DNA of 64,000 nt from Felis catus (taxonomy: Eukaryota). The number at the start of each line of letters is the position of its first letter. Position 1 is the first letter of the stretch. The stretch covers positions 227,170,001 to 227,234,000 of the forward strand of contig NC_058368.1 in the NCBI RefSeq assembly GCF_018350175.1, in the 5' to 3' direction. The position numbers and the translations under genes are program-made. Of this stretch, positions 61,979 to 64,000 are shown in pieces. The notes below the pieces were generated by a model. It worked only from the letters and a program-made list of their open reading frames with translations. It was not told the origin of the DNA and made no database searches.

Positions 61979-64000
61979 TGGCTTATTTATGATCTAGAAA
62001 TACTGTTTTTATCTCATTGCAACTATTTTGGGGACCTTATAACAAAGCACAGTAGTGGAAATAATATTTATTTACATGCGGAAAGCTATCAAAATTTCCA
62101 AGATAATAAATTTATATCTGTGACAGCAACCTTTTAATAACGTTTAAATAGTTTTTGTTCACTTTTAGTGTTTTAATTCTGTCCTATTTTGGAAAGGTAA
62201 CTGCTTAAAGACTGGTTTCTTAGTATGATTTTCAGACCAGAAAATCTCAAAAACACCTGTATTTGGAGGCTCTTGATCTAAAACTGACTCTTCCTGGAAG
62301 GGAACTGCCAGCAGTTCTCAGTGTAAAGTTTCGTAGGGCTGTGCCCTGTTGGTATTACAAGCTGTTGGGAAGTTCTGGTAGAGAATTGGATGCTTTGCTG
62401 GGCAAGGATTTTTTTCTCCTTCAAAATTTAGGGTAAGTTTTAAAAGCAAACTATCTTTTACATAGGACTAAGCTTTGTTCCTTAAAAGTTATGCAGGGCA
62501 TTGGACCAGGGACTCCTTACTACATGGGAATCATGGCTGTAAATATTGTGGCTGCATTCTGCATGGGAAAAGGGGATCCTGGAAATGTGTTAGAGGCACA
62601 TCTTAGCATATACCACCCTAGCGCCTTGAGCCAGGAGTAAATGAGCTCAACTATTAGCGAGGAGATGTGACAAGCAAGGAAAGTCGTTTTTTTTGTGAGA
62701 CACTTAGTGACTTAATTAAGAGAGGTGAAAATAATAATAATGAACATGGCTAATGGAACTAGATAGTTTCCACACCCTTCCTTCTGGAGCCTCCACTCTC
62801 GGAGGCCTCTGAGTTGGGCATCACAGCCCTGCATAGTAGAAAGCCAGGCTTCCATGCTCTCCGGCCAGGAACTGTCCAGTGGGAACCGTCCTTGTCCCAT
62901 CCTCCCTGCCCCAGCCCTAGAGGAAAGGCCTGTGTGGCGTTCAAGTGGGAATATTGCTTCGGGATTGAAACATTTTTTTTTAAATAAATTTTTTTGGGGA
63001 TCCCTGATTTTGTAAACGATCCCTGATTTTGTAGCGTGTATAAACACCCACTGAAAGAAAGAGGGTTCTGTAGAAAGAGGGTTCTGTGACTTTTCACAGT
63101 TAGCAAATTATCACCGGGAAAACCCAGGCAGCCTCACATTGTGTCTTCCGAATCCAGAAGTAGTAACCTGAGTGGAGGAACACCATCCGGCTGGCAGCCT
63201 GGGGTCACAGACGACCCTGTAGAGACAGACACCTGGTGAAGCATTCCTGGTGTTAGGCCAGGTTGTGGTCTGACCTGTGGAGGAAGCTGTGGTCTGATTG
63301 TCCTTGGGCGTTTGCTTTTCCCTCAAGAGAGCAAGAGAAACACCTTGGGGAGGTTGGCATTTCTGGAAGGAAAATGGAGAAGAGGAGGGGTCAAGTATTG
63401 GTAAGGGGAGTTAGCCTTGGGTTTTGTCGGTATCTGCCTTGTCCCCTCCCCGCAACCCCCCCAGCGACACAGAGCCACATGGGGGGGCCACAGCCCGGCT
63501 GAGTGGCTTCCCAGAGTTAAAAGTGCTCTCAAACTACAACTTGTAAAGCTTTGTGCAAATTTCAGTTCAAAGGATATTGCTTTTAAGTGCACCGTCAAAT
63601 AAATTATGAAATAGTGTATCTTAATGTGAAAGAAATGCACAAGAGATTGCCTTATAGGACTTTAAAATCAGTTTTACACATTCGGATTTGTCGCTTTCCG
63701 TGTGGAGCAGCGTGTGGAATATTCAAAACTATAGTTTCAGTATTCTGCTTATCAGAAAACCGTCACTTCGCCTAAAAAGTGTTGTCCTTGGAAAGAATAA
63801 GAAGAACACATTGAACCACCTCTCTATGAAGGCATAAAAAAAGATCCAACGTGAGATACCTTTAGAGTAGCCGACTGACCCAGTCTGCCCAAGACCGAGG
63901 CATTTCTAGCGGTCCAGGACAGGACTTTCAGGGCTAAACCAGGGGGGTCCTGGGCAAACGGGGTGGGGAGGGGGCGCTGGTGCCTTCCGAATGCCAAGAG

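Noticed and set aside
63965..63980. CTCF-like AGGGGGCGCTG (also reverse at ~22300-22313)
   Set aside because: Only the 3' half of the motif matches; the CCAC/CCAG 5' core is missing.

Overview
Eukaryotic (mammalian) genomic DNA from a cat-family carnivore, judged from the dense tRNA-derived CanSINE/SINEC_Fc-type elements. The only protein-coding sequence I can support is the first coding exon of ANKH (+ strand, 31294-31389, [34 protein letters not shown] donor at 31390). It lies in a ~1.5 kb CpG island. Upstream is ~30 kb of repeat-rich intergenic DNA; downstream is ~32.6 kb of intron 1 with no recognisable exon 2. The other ORF-track entries look like SINE read-throughs, GC-island artefacts or chance ORFs. 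I found no new multi-gene system. The most interesting signals are in the ANKH 5' leader and promoter: an in-frame near-cognate ACG at -12, an out-of-frame overlapping uORF, a strong-Kozak 9-aa uORF, and inverted CGG/CCG repeats bracketing a TATA-like core. There are also candidate enhancer motif clusters and several unusual SINE events (tailless, internally deleted, nested, and an inverted pair centred on a palindrome). Repeat boundaries and subfamily names are approximate and come from recall of consensus sequences, not a database search.
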